Origin: a virus | Taxonomy: Duplodnaviria > Caudoviricetes | Direction: 5' to 3' (one strand) | Length of the DNA stretch: 52,429 bases | Virus record (IMG/VR): IMGVR_UViG_3300049489_000174 | Coordinates: 1-52,429 of that record | Part shown: piece by piece, positions 26,101 through 36,900 of the stretch | How positions within the stretch are numbered: position 1 is the stretch's first letter | Layout: each line of letters starts with the position of its first letter | Position numbers and translations under genes: made by a program | The notes under the pieces: generated by a model | What the model was told of the DNA's origin: nothing | Database searches by the model: none | The model's input: only the letters and a program-made list of their open reading frames with translations

Positions 26101-29100
26101 TTATGAGTAGATTACACTACCGAGTGGATCTAATTGGAATGTTACATTAACCGCTATTACGCCTAATTCTAAGGTTTCAAAGCACGGTCTTTTATAAGTA
26201 CCATAAAACATTAATTGAATAGTCGTACTACCAGATTGTAAATACTCGCTTATAAATCCAGAATCTACTGTAAGTTGACCTATAGTTTCTGAACATGGTG
26301 TAGGGGCTGGTGGCGATAGCACAGTTTTATCTAAATATAAATATACTCCTGACTCTCCACTATTTACAGTATTAGACCCATGACCACCATTTATTATTAT
26401 TTGCACTCTTACTATTGTAAATGGTAGATCCCCAGTAGAATATTTAGCTATTAAATCGGCCGCTTCTACAGATGAATTATATACAGTTATTGATGCTGGA
26501 TCAGCAACTATAACAGGATGAAATCCATCCCTGCATGGAGGATCGGCAGGTATTGGCTCTGTAGTATCACCGCCACCTTGCGGGTCATCATCTTTAGTAC
26601 CACCAGGAGTGCAATCACATGCTCCTAGTGTACTGCCACCATTACTATGTGGGCTACCTAATCCATCTCCATATACTGGATTTGTAACGCCATGCATATC
26701 AGCTACACCATCTTGAATAACGTCTGGATTTATGAACCCATTCTTTGCAGATTCTTTTATATTACAATATAGTAATGGGGACATTTGCTTTGCTACTATA
26801 TCAACATACGATTTATCTAGCTCTATATGTGTAGTTATTCTATCTATAGTGCATAGACCAGCTTGCAAAGGAAAGAACTTTTTCTTACTGCCAGCAGTCT
26901 CTAATGCATAACCATAAGCATTATTAGCGCCTATAGGATATATAGTCCCTGCATGACTATATACTAATGCTCCTGGGCCTGCTTTACCATATGCTCCAAT
27001 TACTAAATCGGGTATATATGCTTGATCTGCTGCACTAGGTATAGATAGTATAGAATTTTCATCTAGCAACTCAGGAGTATTAAAATATAACGTGTCCCCT
27101 GGTTCTAGCATATAGTTGTGTAATGTAACTCTACAATTTATATTCCTAGTAGTACAATTTATTTGCTTTATTGAGCCTGAACCGGGAGAGCATACTGCGC
27201 CACAAAAGAATGCTGCACTTTGTATATCTTTAATATGCTTTAAGTCAAATTGTAGTATATTATCTCTGCTTGATAATGCCTTGCCTCTAGAATCAAGCAT
27301 CTTAGTCTGACTATCATAATCAGACGATATATATGAAGCCTTCAAGTAAACTGGTAATGTTTCTGTAGGCTCAAATATAGTTATTGCTTCTAGTGCTGGG
27401 GAACAATCGCCGGAGTATACTATAATCTCTCTGCCATTATTCTCTGTGTTTCCATTGCCAATAGACACACCTATTGATTTCTCTATTAGCTTAGAAGAAT
27501 CAATTACTCTTGAATAATTAACTTTTGAGCTTAATAAATACTGGTCTCCTAGCTCTATTGGGTCAGTAGCAACATCTTCACAACCTATAGACTTAACACT
27601 ATTTGTATGCTCAATGTCATGGTACTGATTATATAATAATTGAAGCTTACCATCTCTATAGTACAGAGATGCACATGCTTCATATAATAGTGTATCTAAT
27701 ACTTGTGTTAAAGTCTCATTATATATTTTAGCTGAAACATAAGGACCATAATCAACAGCAGTATTATTTACTGTTTGATCACCGAATAGTGTTGAGTATG
27801 TTTTACCTAACTTATTGAATGGATAGCTAGTTGCTTTGAATATATCGTAGAGTATATCATTTAATTTTTTGAATGGTCCAATATCAACAACTAGAAATGA
27901 AGAGTCAATATTACTACCTGTATTCTCATATAGTTCTACTGTAGATGTGCTATTAGGGGCAGTTACTAAGTCATTTCCTAATGTTATTGTCTTAGTAGAT
28001 TTTACATAGCTTTGCACTATATTAACTTGCCCAGCACCAGTGCCAGATGCTATCTTAACAATAAGTCCAGTTATATCTATACCCCCACCAACTAGAGGCT
28101 CATTCAATACTATTGTAGACACACTACCACTAGCTACAGTGTATGTTGCCAGTGGAGAATCTGAGATTGTTTGGTCGCGTGCAATCTCTTTAAGATCGCC
28201 CTTTAGAGTAATCTTACATAGATAAGGCAGGAATATCTCTACTGCGCAGTAGTTGTATTTTATAGACTCTATAGATTCTGTTGGTATCTTTATTAACTTT
28301 GAACCATACGCAGCATATATTCTATCACCTGTTATTGTAGTACCAGGGAATAACTTTATAAAATAACCGGGCTTCAAATTAGCAAAGTTATTTAGGAATG
28401 GTTTAGCATGTGAGTTAATGCTATTATTTATAATTAATAGCCATGTATCAGGCTCTGTACTAGTTCCAAATCTAGAAGTATTTACAGCACCAGATACTAG
28501 TACAGTTCCTAGTGATACACTGGGATTTCTTACATAATAATTTGCAGTTGTGTACTCATTAGTATCACCAGTAGCATAATCAAAATGTGCTAATATACCA
28601 TTAAATGCAATTACTGTTGGGTTGCTTATATCTGACCATCCATCAGATACTAATGTTGTAGAGAATCTTACAGAAATACCCGTCTCTTTATATGTAGATG
28701 GAGATGCAAATGTTATAGGATATATGTTCATATATCCTTTAGCTATGTCATTTACACCAGATAACCTCACTACTTTATCAGCTATTGTAGCCTCTACGCC
28801 GCCTATAGTAGATACGGAATGGACCGTTAATTTGAAGTACCCAATGTCAGATGGTAGATTATCTATTTGTGACTTATCTTTAAACGCTATTTTTGTTCTC
28901 GAATATATGTTTGGAAATATTGACGCTCCAGCAAATATACCTACACTCTTACAATCAATACTCATTACTGGCTGATCGAAGTAAGTAGCTTCTGATGCTA
29001 CGTTAGCTGCGAATAGTCGAACACCGCCGACATTCTGGACATCTACTTTCAATGCTTCACCGGTACGACGGTTTACTAGAATCACAGTAGGGTTTGCACT

Positions 29101-29979
29101 GCCTATTATATCATCTAATAATCCCTCTAATGCTCCTAGCTTAGATGTTGTACTACCATCTAGATTAGGCGTAAGACGGAATCCATCAGTAACATTATAA
29201 GATGCTACTGCTTGGAATGGTATTTCAAAGTAGTCTCTACGCTTTGTTATACCAGATGTGGCTGTAGAATCACCATACGCCTTTACTTTACTATGGTACC
29301 CTATGTGCAAAGGGGTATCTACAAGTAGTTTATACTCGTCTAAGTCATAGTGAGTGAATACTTTATCTACGTCTGCCGGTACTAGATCTATTGCACTATT
29401 TAACTTATCATTCATTAATAGTGTGAAGTCTATTAATGATATGTCAGTTGTTAGAGATGAGTTACTCCAGTTGAACCCATCTATTTTATACATTCCGCTA
29501 ACTGTCCACTGTGATAGTGTAAGTACAAGCATTTGCTCTGGGCTTGTAGTGTATAATACAAATAGAACATTAACAGGTGATAATGTCCCTGTTATGTACT
29601 TATTACCTATACCTTTAAGGTTCTTTAGCGCCGCTGTTCCATGTTTTAGTTTAACAGAGGCTGTTTTACGTATCAAACCACCAGACTGCGATACCACCTC
29701 TGTTATATCTATATATTCTATATCGTCAATTATAGTATTATCATTCTTTGGTAGTGTATCAACTATGTCAGGCATATTTGAATATATGCCTAATACTTTA
29801 TCAGCATTAGTAAATATGTCGCTGTTTCTATCATTGTATGTATAGAACGCTCCTAGCGCATCAGCTGCTGGGTATGCCTCCGGTGCTACAGTCTGAGGCT
29901 CGTCTTCTGTATTAAAATAATAAGCAACTAGTACCGCTGCTAGTGATGCATCATATGCAGATACTAGTCCTTGTTTCAT
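26101..29979 (-). CDS. large tail tip / hub protein
   Basis: 1292 aa, second gene after the tape measure; internal IASGTGAGQ..I..Y domain seen in tail proteins. Confidence 0.7.
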   Translation of the reverse strand: MKQGLVSAYDASLAAVLVAYYFNTEDEPQTVAPEAYPAADALGAFYTYNDRNSDIFTNADKVLGIYSNMPDIVDTLPKNDNTIIDDIEYIDITEVVSQSGGLIRKTASVKLKHGTAALKNLKGIGNKYITGTLSPVNVLFVLYTTSPEQMLVLTLSQWTVSGMYKIDGFNWSNSSLTTDISLIDFTLLMNDKLNSAIDLVPADVDKVFTHYDLDEYKLLVDTPLHIGYHSKVKAYGDSTATSGITKRRDYFEIPFQAVASYNVTDGFRLTPNLDGSTTSKLGALEGLLDDIIGSANPTVILVNRRTGEALKVDVQNVGGVRLFAANVASEATYFDQPVMSIDCKSVGIFAGASIFPNIYSRTKIAFKDKSQIDNLPSDIGYFKLTVHSVSTIGGVEATIADKVVRLSGVNDIAKGYMNIYPITFASPSTYKETGISVRFSTTLVSDGWSDISNPTVIAFNGILAHFDYATGDTNEYTTANYYVRNPSVSLGTVLVSGAVNTSRFGTSTEPDTWLLIINNSINSHAKPFLNNFANLKPGYFIKLFPGTTITGDRIYAAYGSKLIKIPTESIESIKYNYCAVEIFLPYLCKITLKGDLKEIARDQTISDSPLATYTVASGSVSTIVLNEPLVGGGIDITGLIVKIASGTGAGQVNIVQSYVKSTKTITLGNDLVTAPNSTSTVELYENTGSNIDSSFLVVDIGPFKKLNDILYDIFKATSYPFNKLGKTYSTLFGDQTVNNTAVDYGPYVSAKIYNETLTQVLDTLLYEACASLYYRDGKLQLLYNQYHDIEHTNSVKSIGCEDVATDPIELGDQYLLSSKVNYSRVIDSSKLIEKSIGVSIGNGNTENNGREIIVYSGDCSPALEAITIFEPTETLPVYLKASYISSDYDSQTKMLDSRGKALSSRDNILQFDLKHIKDIQSAAFFCGAVCSPGSGSIKQINCTTRNINCRVTLHNYMLEPGDTLYFNTPELLDENSILSIPSAADQAYIPDLVIGAYGKAGPGALVYSHAGTIYPIGANNAYGYALETAGSKKKFFPLQAGLCTIDRITTHIELDKSYVDIVAKQMSPLLYCNIKESAKNGFINPDVIQDGVADMHGVTNPVYGDGLGSPHSNGGSTLGACDCTPGGTKDDDPQGGGDTTEPIPADPPCRDGFHPVIVADPASITVYNSSVEAADLIAKYSTGDLPFTIVRVQIIINGGHGSNTVNSGESGVYLYLDKTVLSPPAPTPCSETIGQLTVDSGFISEYLQSGSTTIQLMFYGTYKRPCFETLELGVIAVNVTFQLDPLGSVIYS

Positions 29980-30794
29980 ACTTTGATCCTCTTAACCTTT
30001 ATTGTTGCTAGAGTGGTATTCGCAGGCGAGTTTTTAAATTTAAGCTGTAATGTAGTGGCTGCTAGTTCTACATCAAACGAATCATTGTATGGCAATGCTC
30101 CAATACCTTCTGATACAACTTTAATATCAGATGCAATTATATCTACAGTTACAAGCCTACTAAATTGTGTAACACCAGAAGCTAAGTATCCTACTACTAA
30201 GAATACAACATGCTTCATTACAGCGGATTCAACTGAGTCGATAACTTGATACACATCAGCAACACCAACAGTTGTAGTAGTAGTTGGTGTATGAGGTGTA
30301 TTGTAATCTGCTATATGTGCCGATAAAGCTGTGCTCATTAGACTTCCTGACTGCGTAGAATCATTTACCTCTAATATCTTTAACGAGAAGTCCCACAGTA
30401 TATTACTATTTATGTCTCTCTTTAGAGTATATCCAGTATCAGACAGATTCAAAGAGTTTTGATTAACTCTTACGTTATAGGTATTACCTATATAGTCTTG
30501 ATATTTAACTACCGCTAATCCCCAACCTACAAATTCTAGGAATTGTATAAGCGCAGCACGCTCAGTGTCTGGTATTGACTTAAAATCTAAAATATGCTCA
30601 GTTGATAATGTATTGCCATAGTCATATACCTTCACTCCACCATTAGCAGTCCTGAATATACTTTGATTTCTTCCACTGCTTATCTGATTGCCTATCTCTG
30701 GTGCTTTGATAGCTAGAGCTAGTGTAGCAGTCTCATAAGTAGCATCCAATGGATACCAGAACTTACAGGTGAATGGATGATCGTATGCAGGCAT
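29976..30794 (-). CDS. distal tail-like protein
   Basis: directly follows the tape measure; beta-rich. Confidence 0.6.
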   Translation of the reverse strand: MPAYDHPFTCKFWYPLDATYETATLALAIKAPEIGNQISSGRNQSIFRTANGGVKVYDYGNTLSTEHILDFKSIPDTERAALIQFLEFVGWGLAVVKYQDYIGNTYNVRVNQNSLNLSDTGYTLKRDINSNILWDFSLKILEVNDSTQSGSLMSTALSAHIADYNTPHTPTTTTTVGVADVYQVIDSVESAVMKHVVFLVVGYLASGVTQFSRLVTVDIIASDIKVVSEGIGALPYNDSFDVELAATTLQLKFKNSPANTTLATIKVKRIKV

Positions 30795-30795
30795 C

Positions 30796-33700
30796 TTATA
30801 ATCCTCTTACTACGCCTAGTTGTGCTGCTGACCCTACTGTGCTACCGTTAGTTGTTCTATCATCGCGTCTAAAGTCACCTTGACCGAAGGTATCGGTATT
30901 AGGTGTATCTATCTTATTACCTTTATCCTTAGCTTGCTTCTTTAATGCTTCTGTAACTCTCGCTTCTACTAGTGATTTAATCTCTGGTGCTAGCCCAGCC
31001 CACGCATCAGGCACAGATATTGATAGATTGTTTGTTACTGCTGCACCAGACTCTTTATTAACAGCAGCTATTGCTTTAGCGAATTGCTCTGCAATCATGC
31101 TTAACTGCGTAGTCTTAGGATCCGATGCTGCATCAGATATACCACTAGTGTACTTACTAGTTACATCTTCCATCTTAGACCCGATTAGTGCATCATATGA
31201 GTGTGAACGATTATTCCAGAATCGCTCTCCTTCGCCACGTTGTGTAGCATCAGACTTCATAGCATCATATGTTGATTCTATGTTACCACGAATCTCTTTT
31301 GCTCTATCCATATCTCCGCTGTTTAGTGCAGATTTATAGTTATCTATTAAGCCTGGTAGTCTCTTTTCTAACTGTTTGAAGTTAGGGCCAGTTCCGCCGG
31401 GTGTGCCATCATCTCTACGCTTACTACGACGGTCTTGAATATCGTTCAGTAGGTCTTCTGCCTTTTTACGCTCTGCTATTGACCTCTTATGTTCTTTATC
31501 TACATCTGATAGATACTTCTTATATGCATCGAGTTGTGTTTTTAATGCTTCTTCTTGTGCTTTAACTTCTGTCTTAGTCTTTTGATTTAGTATCTTATCG
31601 TATAATGCATCCATTTGATTTGTTATATCATTTACAGAGTTTCTACCTGCACTAAGCTCTGGATTAAATCTAGCCTGCGCATTCAGTAGTTCTGCTTGCT
31701 TATTATACTCTGCTACTACTTGCTCTAAGCGCTTTTGCATAGCACTTACTCTACTAAGATCCTGAGACTCTATAGCCTCTTTAAGATCATTCTCAGCTTT
31801 TAACTTTTCTTCTAATAGTGGTTGTAGTCCTTGTTCATACTCAATACGTATTTGTTTCTTTATATCTTCCAGCTGTGCCATTGCATCTTCACGTTGTAGT
31901 GCTAGGTCATCTAGTGCTTCACGTTGCTCAGGTAACATTCTATCATTCAATGATTTAGTTAAACGCTTGCCTGGAGTAATTCCACTATTAGTAGATGAGA
32001 AGTCCCACCCACCTGATGAGAATAATGATTTACCTGCTTCATCAGTACCAGTTTGTGATCCTGATATTGCATCATATGCATTCTGTAATTTTGCTTGCTT
32101 CTGCCTTTTGATAACCTCATTTATAACTTTAATTAATTCAGTCTGTGATATGCCAGAATCTTTTAATTGCTGTTTTGCAGCATCCATCAGTTCTTTAGGT
32201 ATTTTTTTATACCAATCTGTGACACCTTCTGTAGTAGTATTAGAAAGGTCTATAGTCTGTATATTTGAGTAATCATTGCCTTTAGTTCTATTCATTACAC
32301 CAGCAACTGCGCCGCTATTACCGAACATATCTTCATATTGCTGCCCAGCTTTCCCACCACCAGTAGCCTTATTAATAAACTCTGCCATTGCAGAGCCGGC
32401 GTTCTTTAATGAACTAGTTACAGAGTCTATGCCTGCACCGATGCGATGCCATAGATTATCTTGAATCTTTAATTGTGCTACTATAGCAGATCCATCAGAG
32501 TTTACAGTAGCACTCCATTCTTTCCACTTATCTAGATTGTTAGTTATTGCTGCTGCGCCACGCTTAGCGAATGCTTCATCGAATATTTCACCTAATGCTG
32601 TTAGGCTGCCGCCGGTCTTTTCCTTTATCTCTGCCATAACATCAGCGAATTGCTTGCCTTTGAATGCATTTTCGCCGTATGCTATTCCTAGACGATCTAA
32701 TTCTTTCTTAGCTTTAGCAGTTGGATTAGTTAGCCCGTCTATGATACGGTACATAGCGGTGAACTCTTGACCATTACGGAAACCAGCGTTAGTTAGTGCG
32801 ACTAAGCCAGTACCTAGGTCTTCTATAGATACACCAGCAGATTGTGCAGCTGATGCTACTTTGCCTAAGTGGCCATTCAATGCTTCTACTTGTATCTTAC
32901 CAGCATCAACGATGTTGAACAGCACATCATTTACATGTCCTAACTCATATACTGACTTGCCATATACAGTCATTGTTGTAGTTAGTGCTGATATAGCAGT
33001 CTTTAAATCACTACCTAGAACCATCTTTAACTGTAGTGCATTCTCCATGAACGTAGTTAATTCTGATTCTTTGATGCCAGAAGATAGTGCTTCTTTCATT
33101 CCTTTGACTACATCTATTATGTTAGTCTCGAATGCTGCCCCTAGTTCTCCCGCCTTTTTTCCTAGGTCTGATATTTGGTCTTTGAACGATAGTGCTGATG
33201 CTGCATTGTTATCGTACAGCGTACTCATATCAGCTAGAGTCTTATTTAGCTCTTTACCGTATACAAGTAGTCCAGCAACAGCTGCTGTAGCTCCTACTGC
33301 TGCACCACCTATTGCTAGTGTTGACCCGCCTAATTCTATTCCGCCCATTCCAACCATATTAGCTGCTGCATACATACCGCCAGCGGCTTGATAGTTGCCA
33401 GTCATTGTTGATAAACCAGCACCTATACGCAATGCTTTATCGGCACCCATTGAGAACGGTGCTGGTTGTTGTGGCTTCTTACTACGCGCAATTATATCTT
33501 CGCGTAATGCACGTATACGCGCAGCATCTTGTGATGCTTCTAATGCATTGGCTTTAGCTATTGATCTACCTACTGCATCCGCGGCTTGTTCTTGTAACCT
33601 CTGCTTTTCAGAATAAAATGCCTTAGCGTCGGCTAGTATCTGACGTTGCTTCTCTTTATTAGCATTTATCTCCGCTGTATTGAATTGCTTATTGGTACGT

Positions 33701-34002
33701 CCAGTTGCATTCTCTGCTTGTACTAGTAAATTATACTCTCTCTTAAATGCTTCTTCTTTTAATCGCTCTATTTCTTTTAATTGACTTGCTTGATCTTGTT
33801 TAATCTGGTTTAATATAGTTCCTAACTTCTTACGAACGCCCTCTGGAGCATTTGCCATCTCATCATTTAATTTCTTAAATGATGTTTGAAGCCCATCTAG
33901 TTCTTTCTTACCTTCACTGTTTAGCTTCTTTAGATTATCTATGGCCTTACTGGTATCAACAGTAGCCTTTATAACATAATCAACAGGAGAACTATCACTC
34001 AT
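30796..34002 (-). CDS. tail tape measure protein (TP901-type core)
   Basis: 1068 aa, helical; ALSSG...D.GK...AQSAGVSIEDL...L.NPT..A...LDRLGI core; follows the chaperone pair. Confidence 0.92.
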   Translation of the reverse strand: MSDSSPVDYVIKATVDTSKAIDNLKKLNSEGKKELDGLQTSFKKLNDEMANAPEGVRKKLGTILNQIKQDQASQLKEIERLKEEAFKREYNLLVQAENATGRTNKQFNTAEINANKEKQRQILADAKAFYSEKQRLQEQAADAVGRSIAKANALEASQDAARIRALREDIIARSKKPQQPAPFSMGADKALRIGAGLSTMTGNYQAAGGMYAAANMVGMGGIELGGSTLAIGGAAVGATAAVAGLLVYGKELNKTLADMSTLYDNNAASALSFKDQISDLGKKAGELGAAFETNIIDVVKGMKEALSSGIKESELTTFMENALQLKMVLGSDLKTAISALTTTMTVYGKSVYELGHVNDVLFNIVDAGKIQVEALNGHLGKVASAAQSAGVSIEDLGTGLVALTNAGFRNGQEFTAMYRIIDGLTNPTAKAKKELDRLGIAYGENAFKGKQFADVMAEIKEKTGGSLTALGEIFDEAFAKRGAAAITNNLDKWKEWSATVNSDGSAIVAQLKIQDNLWHRIGAGIDSVTSSLKNAGSAMAEFINKATGGGKAGQQYEDMFGNSGAVAGVMNRTKGNDYSNIQTIDLSNTTTEGVTDWYKKIPKELMDAAKQQLKDSGISQTELIKVINEVIKRQKQAKLQNAYDAISGSQTGTDEAGKSLFSSGGWDFSSTNSGITPGKRLTKSLNDRMLPEQREALDDLALQREDAMAQLEDIKKQIRIEYEQGLQPLLEEKLKAENDLKEAIESQDLSRVSAMQKRLEQVVAEYNKQAELLNAQARFNPELSAGRNSVNDITNQMDALYDKILNQKTKTEVKAQEEALKTQLDAYKKYLSDVDKEHKRSIAERKKAEDLLNDIQDRRSKRRDDGTPGGTGPNFKQLEKRLPGLIDNYKSALNSGDMDRAKEIRGNIESTYDAMKSDATQRGEGERFWNNRSHSYDALIGSKMEDVTSKYTSGISDAASDPKTTQLSMIAEQFAKAIAAVNKESGAAVTNNLSISVPDAWAGLAPEIKSLVEARVTEALKKQAKDKGNKIDTPNTDTFGQGDFRRDDRTTNGSTVGSAAQLGVVRGL

Positions 34003-34672
34003 AATTTGAATCCTAGGGACGTGGCTTCTTCTATGTCTCTTATGTTACCGTATGCAAGCAAATGACCTTGAGTAACTCTATCTTTAGAATAGAACCACTC
34101 AAGGTCTTTGCCAAATCTTTCACATAAACGATAAATTTGATATAGTTGAGTTCTACCTCTTGGTAACTCTGGCACTGAGCGTTTAATCTCATTACCTACT
34201 ACTACATCAAATTCTTCTTTAACATCTATTACGAATTTTTTTTTGTCTCATCAATCTCATCAACAGTGATCTGTGTTAGTTCATGTACTATACCGAACAC
34301 AGTTGATATATCACCTTCTGATAGTCCAGATGACCGAATCTCATCAGATAGAGCCTTCATGCTTTCCATATTAACAGGTAGATTAGTAAACTCTATTCCA
34401 GGGGTATTTTTAGTTACCTTCCAGAATGTGTACATATTCTTATGGAACTGCCACTCTTTATAATCAGCTATATACTTAGCATCTTCCCAATTAGTAACTC
34501 GCTCAGGTGGCTTACCTACGCGAGATATTTCTGTAACTGGTGGCGCTGGCTCTGGATATATCTTTATGAACTCGCGTTCTAGACCGATTGGTAGTGAAGT
34601 TACTACTAGTTCAACACCATGTATACTAATGGTGCGAGCTACTCGATCTATCTCTTTACCTTGAATACGCAT
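33999..34672 (-). CDS. tail assembly chaperone GT produced by programmed -1 frameshift
   Basis: A9 run (34244-34236 on -) just before the G stop; the -1 frame (FVIDVKEEF...RLCERFGKDLEWF...GFKL) is open to a TGA overlapping the tape-measure ATG. Confidence 0.8.
34229..34672 (-). CDS. tail assembly chaperone G
   Basis: between tail tube and tape measure; ends ...TKKNS at the slippery site. Confidence 0.85.
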   Translation of the reverse strand: MRIQGKEIDRVARTISIHGVELVVTSLPIGLEREFIKIYPEPAPPVTEISRVGKPPERVTNWEDAKYIADYKEWQFHKNMYTFWKVTKNTPGIEFTNLPVNMESMKALSDEIRSSGLSEGDISTVFGIVHELTQITVDEIDETKKNS

Positions 34673-34717
34673 GGTTGCTCCTATGCGATAGTGGAATGGA
34701 GGACGGAGATTATACTA

Positions 34718-35212
34718 TCAGGGCGTGAAAGTACGTGTTGGCTTTACAGCTAGACACATACCTGACACGCTAATGCTATTAGCATCATTACCTTCGCGGA
34801 AGTTCAACGACTCAGCGTGGAACTTGGGGAACAGTAGTGTTTCGTAGTTAGCTGGATTGCAAGGATCAAAGATCCTGAACTCTAGGTTCACACGGAATGG
34901 GCCACAACTAGGATCGACGTTCATCCAAGTTGAGGCATTACCAGCTTGACTAAGCGCATCGACAACGCTAACGCCAACGTTACCAGCGTTACCTTGCCAT
35001 TGCTCGAATAGGAATGAGAAGCTAACATCCATTTCCTTTTCATCACCAGCACGGCTGTGATCTATGACACCACGATTACGAATGGTGAAGCTAGGCGAAT
35101 GAACAGTGAAGTTTAGATCGCCAGAAGCAATGGGAATGATTAGAGTGTTAGGAGTACCCGAGCCGTCAATGATTTTAAGCTGGCCATGGCGAAGATTACG
35201 AGTAGATGACAT
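34718..35212 (-). CDS. major tail (tube) protein
   Basis: position; beta-rich; high-expression codon usage. Confidence 0.75.
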   Translation of the reverse strand: MSSTRNLRHGQLKIIDGSGTPNTLIIPIASGDLNFTVHSPSFTIRNRGVIDHSRAGDEKEMDVSFSFLFEQWQGNAGNVGVSVVDALSQAGNASTWMNVDPSCGPFRVNLEFRIFDPCNPANYETLLFPKFHAESLNFREGNDANSISVSGMCLAVKPTRTFTP

Positions 35213-35215
35213 ATG

Positions 35216-35680
35216 TTATTCCTTATCTATGATAATACCTTCTGTAATGATAACAGAGGACATTAAGTGTAATGGCGGTGAGTTTTGATATATCTGTTTA
35301 GAGAAGTCAGATAGACTCCTCAAATCTATGTATTTAATTATACTCTCTTTGAACTGGATGCAACTACTTTTTATCTGTATATCTTGCTGATGAAACACAT
35401 CTTTATATATGTCTCCAAGCTCATATATCCTATTAATCTTTTTATCTGCTCTATGCTCTGCGTGTGCAGAGTATGTACTTATTTGTACAGCTATCTTTCT
35501 TCCTTGAGCATTCTTTCTAATATTCATAGGAATACTATACAGTAATTCAAACGATGCCCATTCATCTTTACCAGCAACAGATGGATTTGCCATACCTTTT
35601 AGAAACACTGGTGCAGTAGGCAGTATATCTGCTACCATCTTTGCTAGGCTAAGATATATCTCAGAGTCTTTAGCTTTCAT
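35216..35680 (-). CDS. tail terminator-like protein
   Basis: synteny and size. Confidence 0.6.
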   Translation of the reverse strand: MKAKDSEIYLSLAKMVADILPTAPVFLKGMANPSVAGKDEWASFELLYSIPMNIRKNAQGRKIAVQISTYSAHAEHRADKKINRIYELGDIYKDVFHQQDIQIKSSCIQFKESIIKYIDLRSLSDFSKQIYQNSPPLHLMSSVIITEGIIIDKE

Positions 35681-36159
35681 ATTGTTGCCTTAAATTTCTC
35701 AAAGGCTATCTTTACAAACCCTTGATGTTGTGATGGATAAAATCCATACTCAATATATTTAAGATATTTATCCCACATTCTATTAGCAAAGTAATATACA
35801 AACCCTTGCCTAGTCTTCTTCTTTACTAATCTCCATCCAGAGTAATTATCCCCATCTTCTAGCGAGAAGCCTGGGCCTATCTCTAGTCCCATTTTAGCAG
35901 CTGGATGTGACGGGTACATATCTCTGAATGCTGCAACACCAGCAGCAGCGCCAGTATCTTTAGGTGTTGCCTTTACTAATTCCATACCGAATACATGCAT
36001 AGCATAATCAGTCTTAGCTTCAAACTTACCAACCATGTCTTCTTCTATTACCTTCATTATATCTGCAAACTTAACAGAGGCTTCTTGTGGATTATTAACA
36101 ATTACAGGTGCTTTAGGTAATAGATTTCTACCTTTTACATTTAACTTCTCAGGTGTCAT
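35677..36159 (-). CDS. HK97 gp10-like tail completion protein
   Basis: TPKDTG...N...Y..YIEYG...GFV motif. Confidence 0.75.
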   Translation of the reverse strand: MTPEKLNVKGRNLLPKAPVIVNNPQEASVKFADIMKVIEEDMVGKFEAKTDYAMHVFGMELVKATPKDTGAAAGVAAFRDMYPSHPAAKMGLEIGPGFSLEDGDNYSGWRLVKKKTRQGFVYYFANRMWDKYLKYIEYGFYPSQHQGFVKIAFEKFKATI

Positions 36160-36584
36160 TTGAAGTCCGTGCAACCTAATCTAATTCTAGATGCCAGTGT
36201 TGTAAAGTCTATAGCACATACACGCCACTTCTTTTTAAGCTGCGGATCATATAGTGTATCACCATCATTAATAGTGTATTTATCAGATACAGGTACTTCT
36301 ATAACAACATCGTACTTATCAATGTTGTCTATCTGTACAGCGCCGTCTCTATCCTTAAACTGCCGTACAGACTGTGAGTTGCGGTTAGCTAAACCTCTAT
36401 AAATACAACCTTCAATTAGGATCTTTATAGGATCACTGTCTAATACACCGGTAGTGTAGTCTAATTGTTTATTATAATCATGAGTTAAATACAGAGTAAC
36501 TTTATTATCAAAGATGACATAATCATCCTTAATACCTGTTACGAATAGGCATTCGATATTAGAGTTTAAGTCTATATCACTCAT
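36156..36584 (-). CDS. head closure (stopper) protein
   Basis: synteny; I..GD....KWRV..I beta pattern. Confidence 0.6.
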   Translation of the reverse strand: MSDIDLNSNIECLFVTGIKDDYVIFDNKVTLYLTHDYNKQLDYTTGVLDSDPIKILIEGCIYRGLANRNSQSVRQFKDRDGAVQIDNIDKYDVVIEVPVSDKYTINDGDTLYDPQLKKKWRVCAIDFTTLASRIRLGCTDFK

Positions 36585-36590
36585 AAAGAC

Positions 36591-36821
36591 TCAGGTGTAG
36601 CCTACTGTTTCAATTTCCCAAGGCTCTTCTAATTCAGTTATCTGATCGTTCAGAGATTTGATCTGGTCGTCAAGCATCTTAGCATACTCTATCCAAGATA
36701 CTTTCTGACCATCAATATCGTAGTTAGGCTTAGGAGACTTACTAAGTAAATACTTCTGATCGACTAGGTTATCCCTAGTCTTCATCAGCTGTGTTTTTAT
36801 TTCATCGTCTGTATATGGCAT
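36591..36821 (-). CDS. gpW-like head completion/adaptor protein
   Basis: 76 aa helix-hairpin-helix with PNYDIDGQKVSW. Confidence 0.7.
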   Translation of the reverse strand: MPYTDDEIKTQLMKTRDNLVDQKYLLSKSPKPNYDIDGQKVSWIEYAKMLDDQIKSLNDQITELEEPWEIETVGYT

Positions 36822-36843
36822 AGATTATCCTTAGTAAGAGTAA

Positions 36844-36871
36844 CACCCAGGAGGGAGCAATCTCCTGGGTG
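36844..36871 (-). terminator. hairpin after the major capsid gene (terminator/attenuator)
   Basis: perfect 10-bp stem CACCCAGGAG/CTCCTGGGTG; weak U tail. Confidence 0.6.
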
Positions 36872-36900
36872 CCATTGTACTCCGCCCTCCACCCGGCGAA

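Noticed and set aside
20934-30794. Diversity-generating retroelement in the tail genes
   Set aside because: No reverse transcriptase motifs and no TR/VR pair differing at adenines was seen
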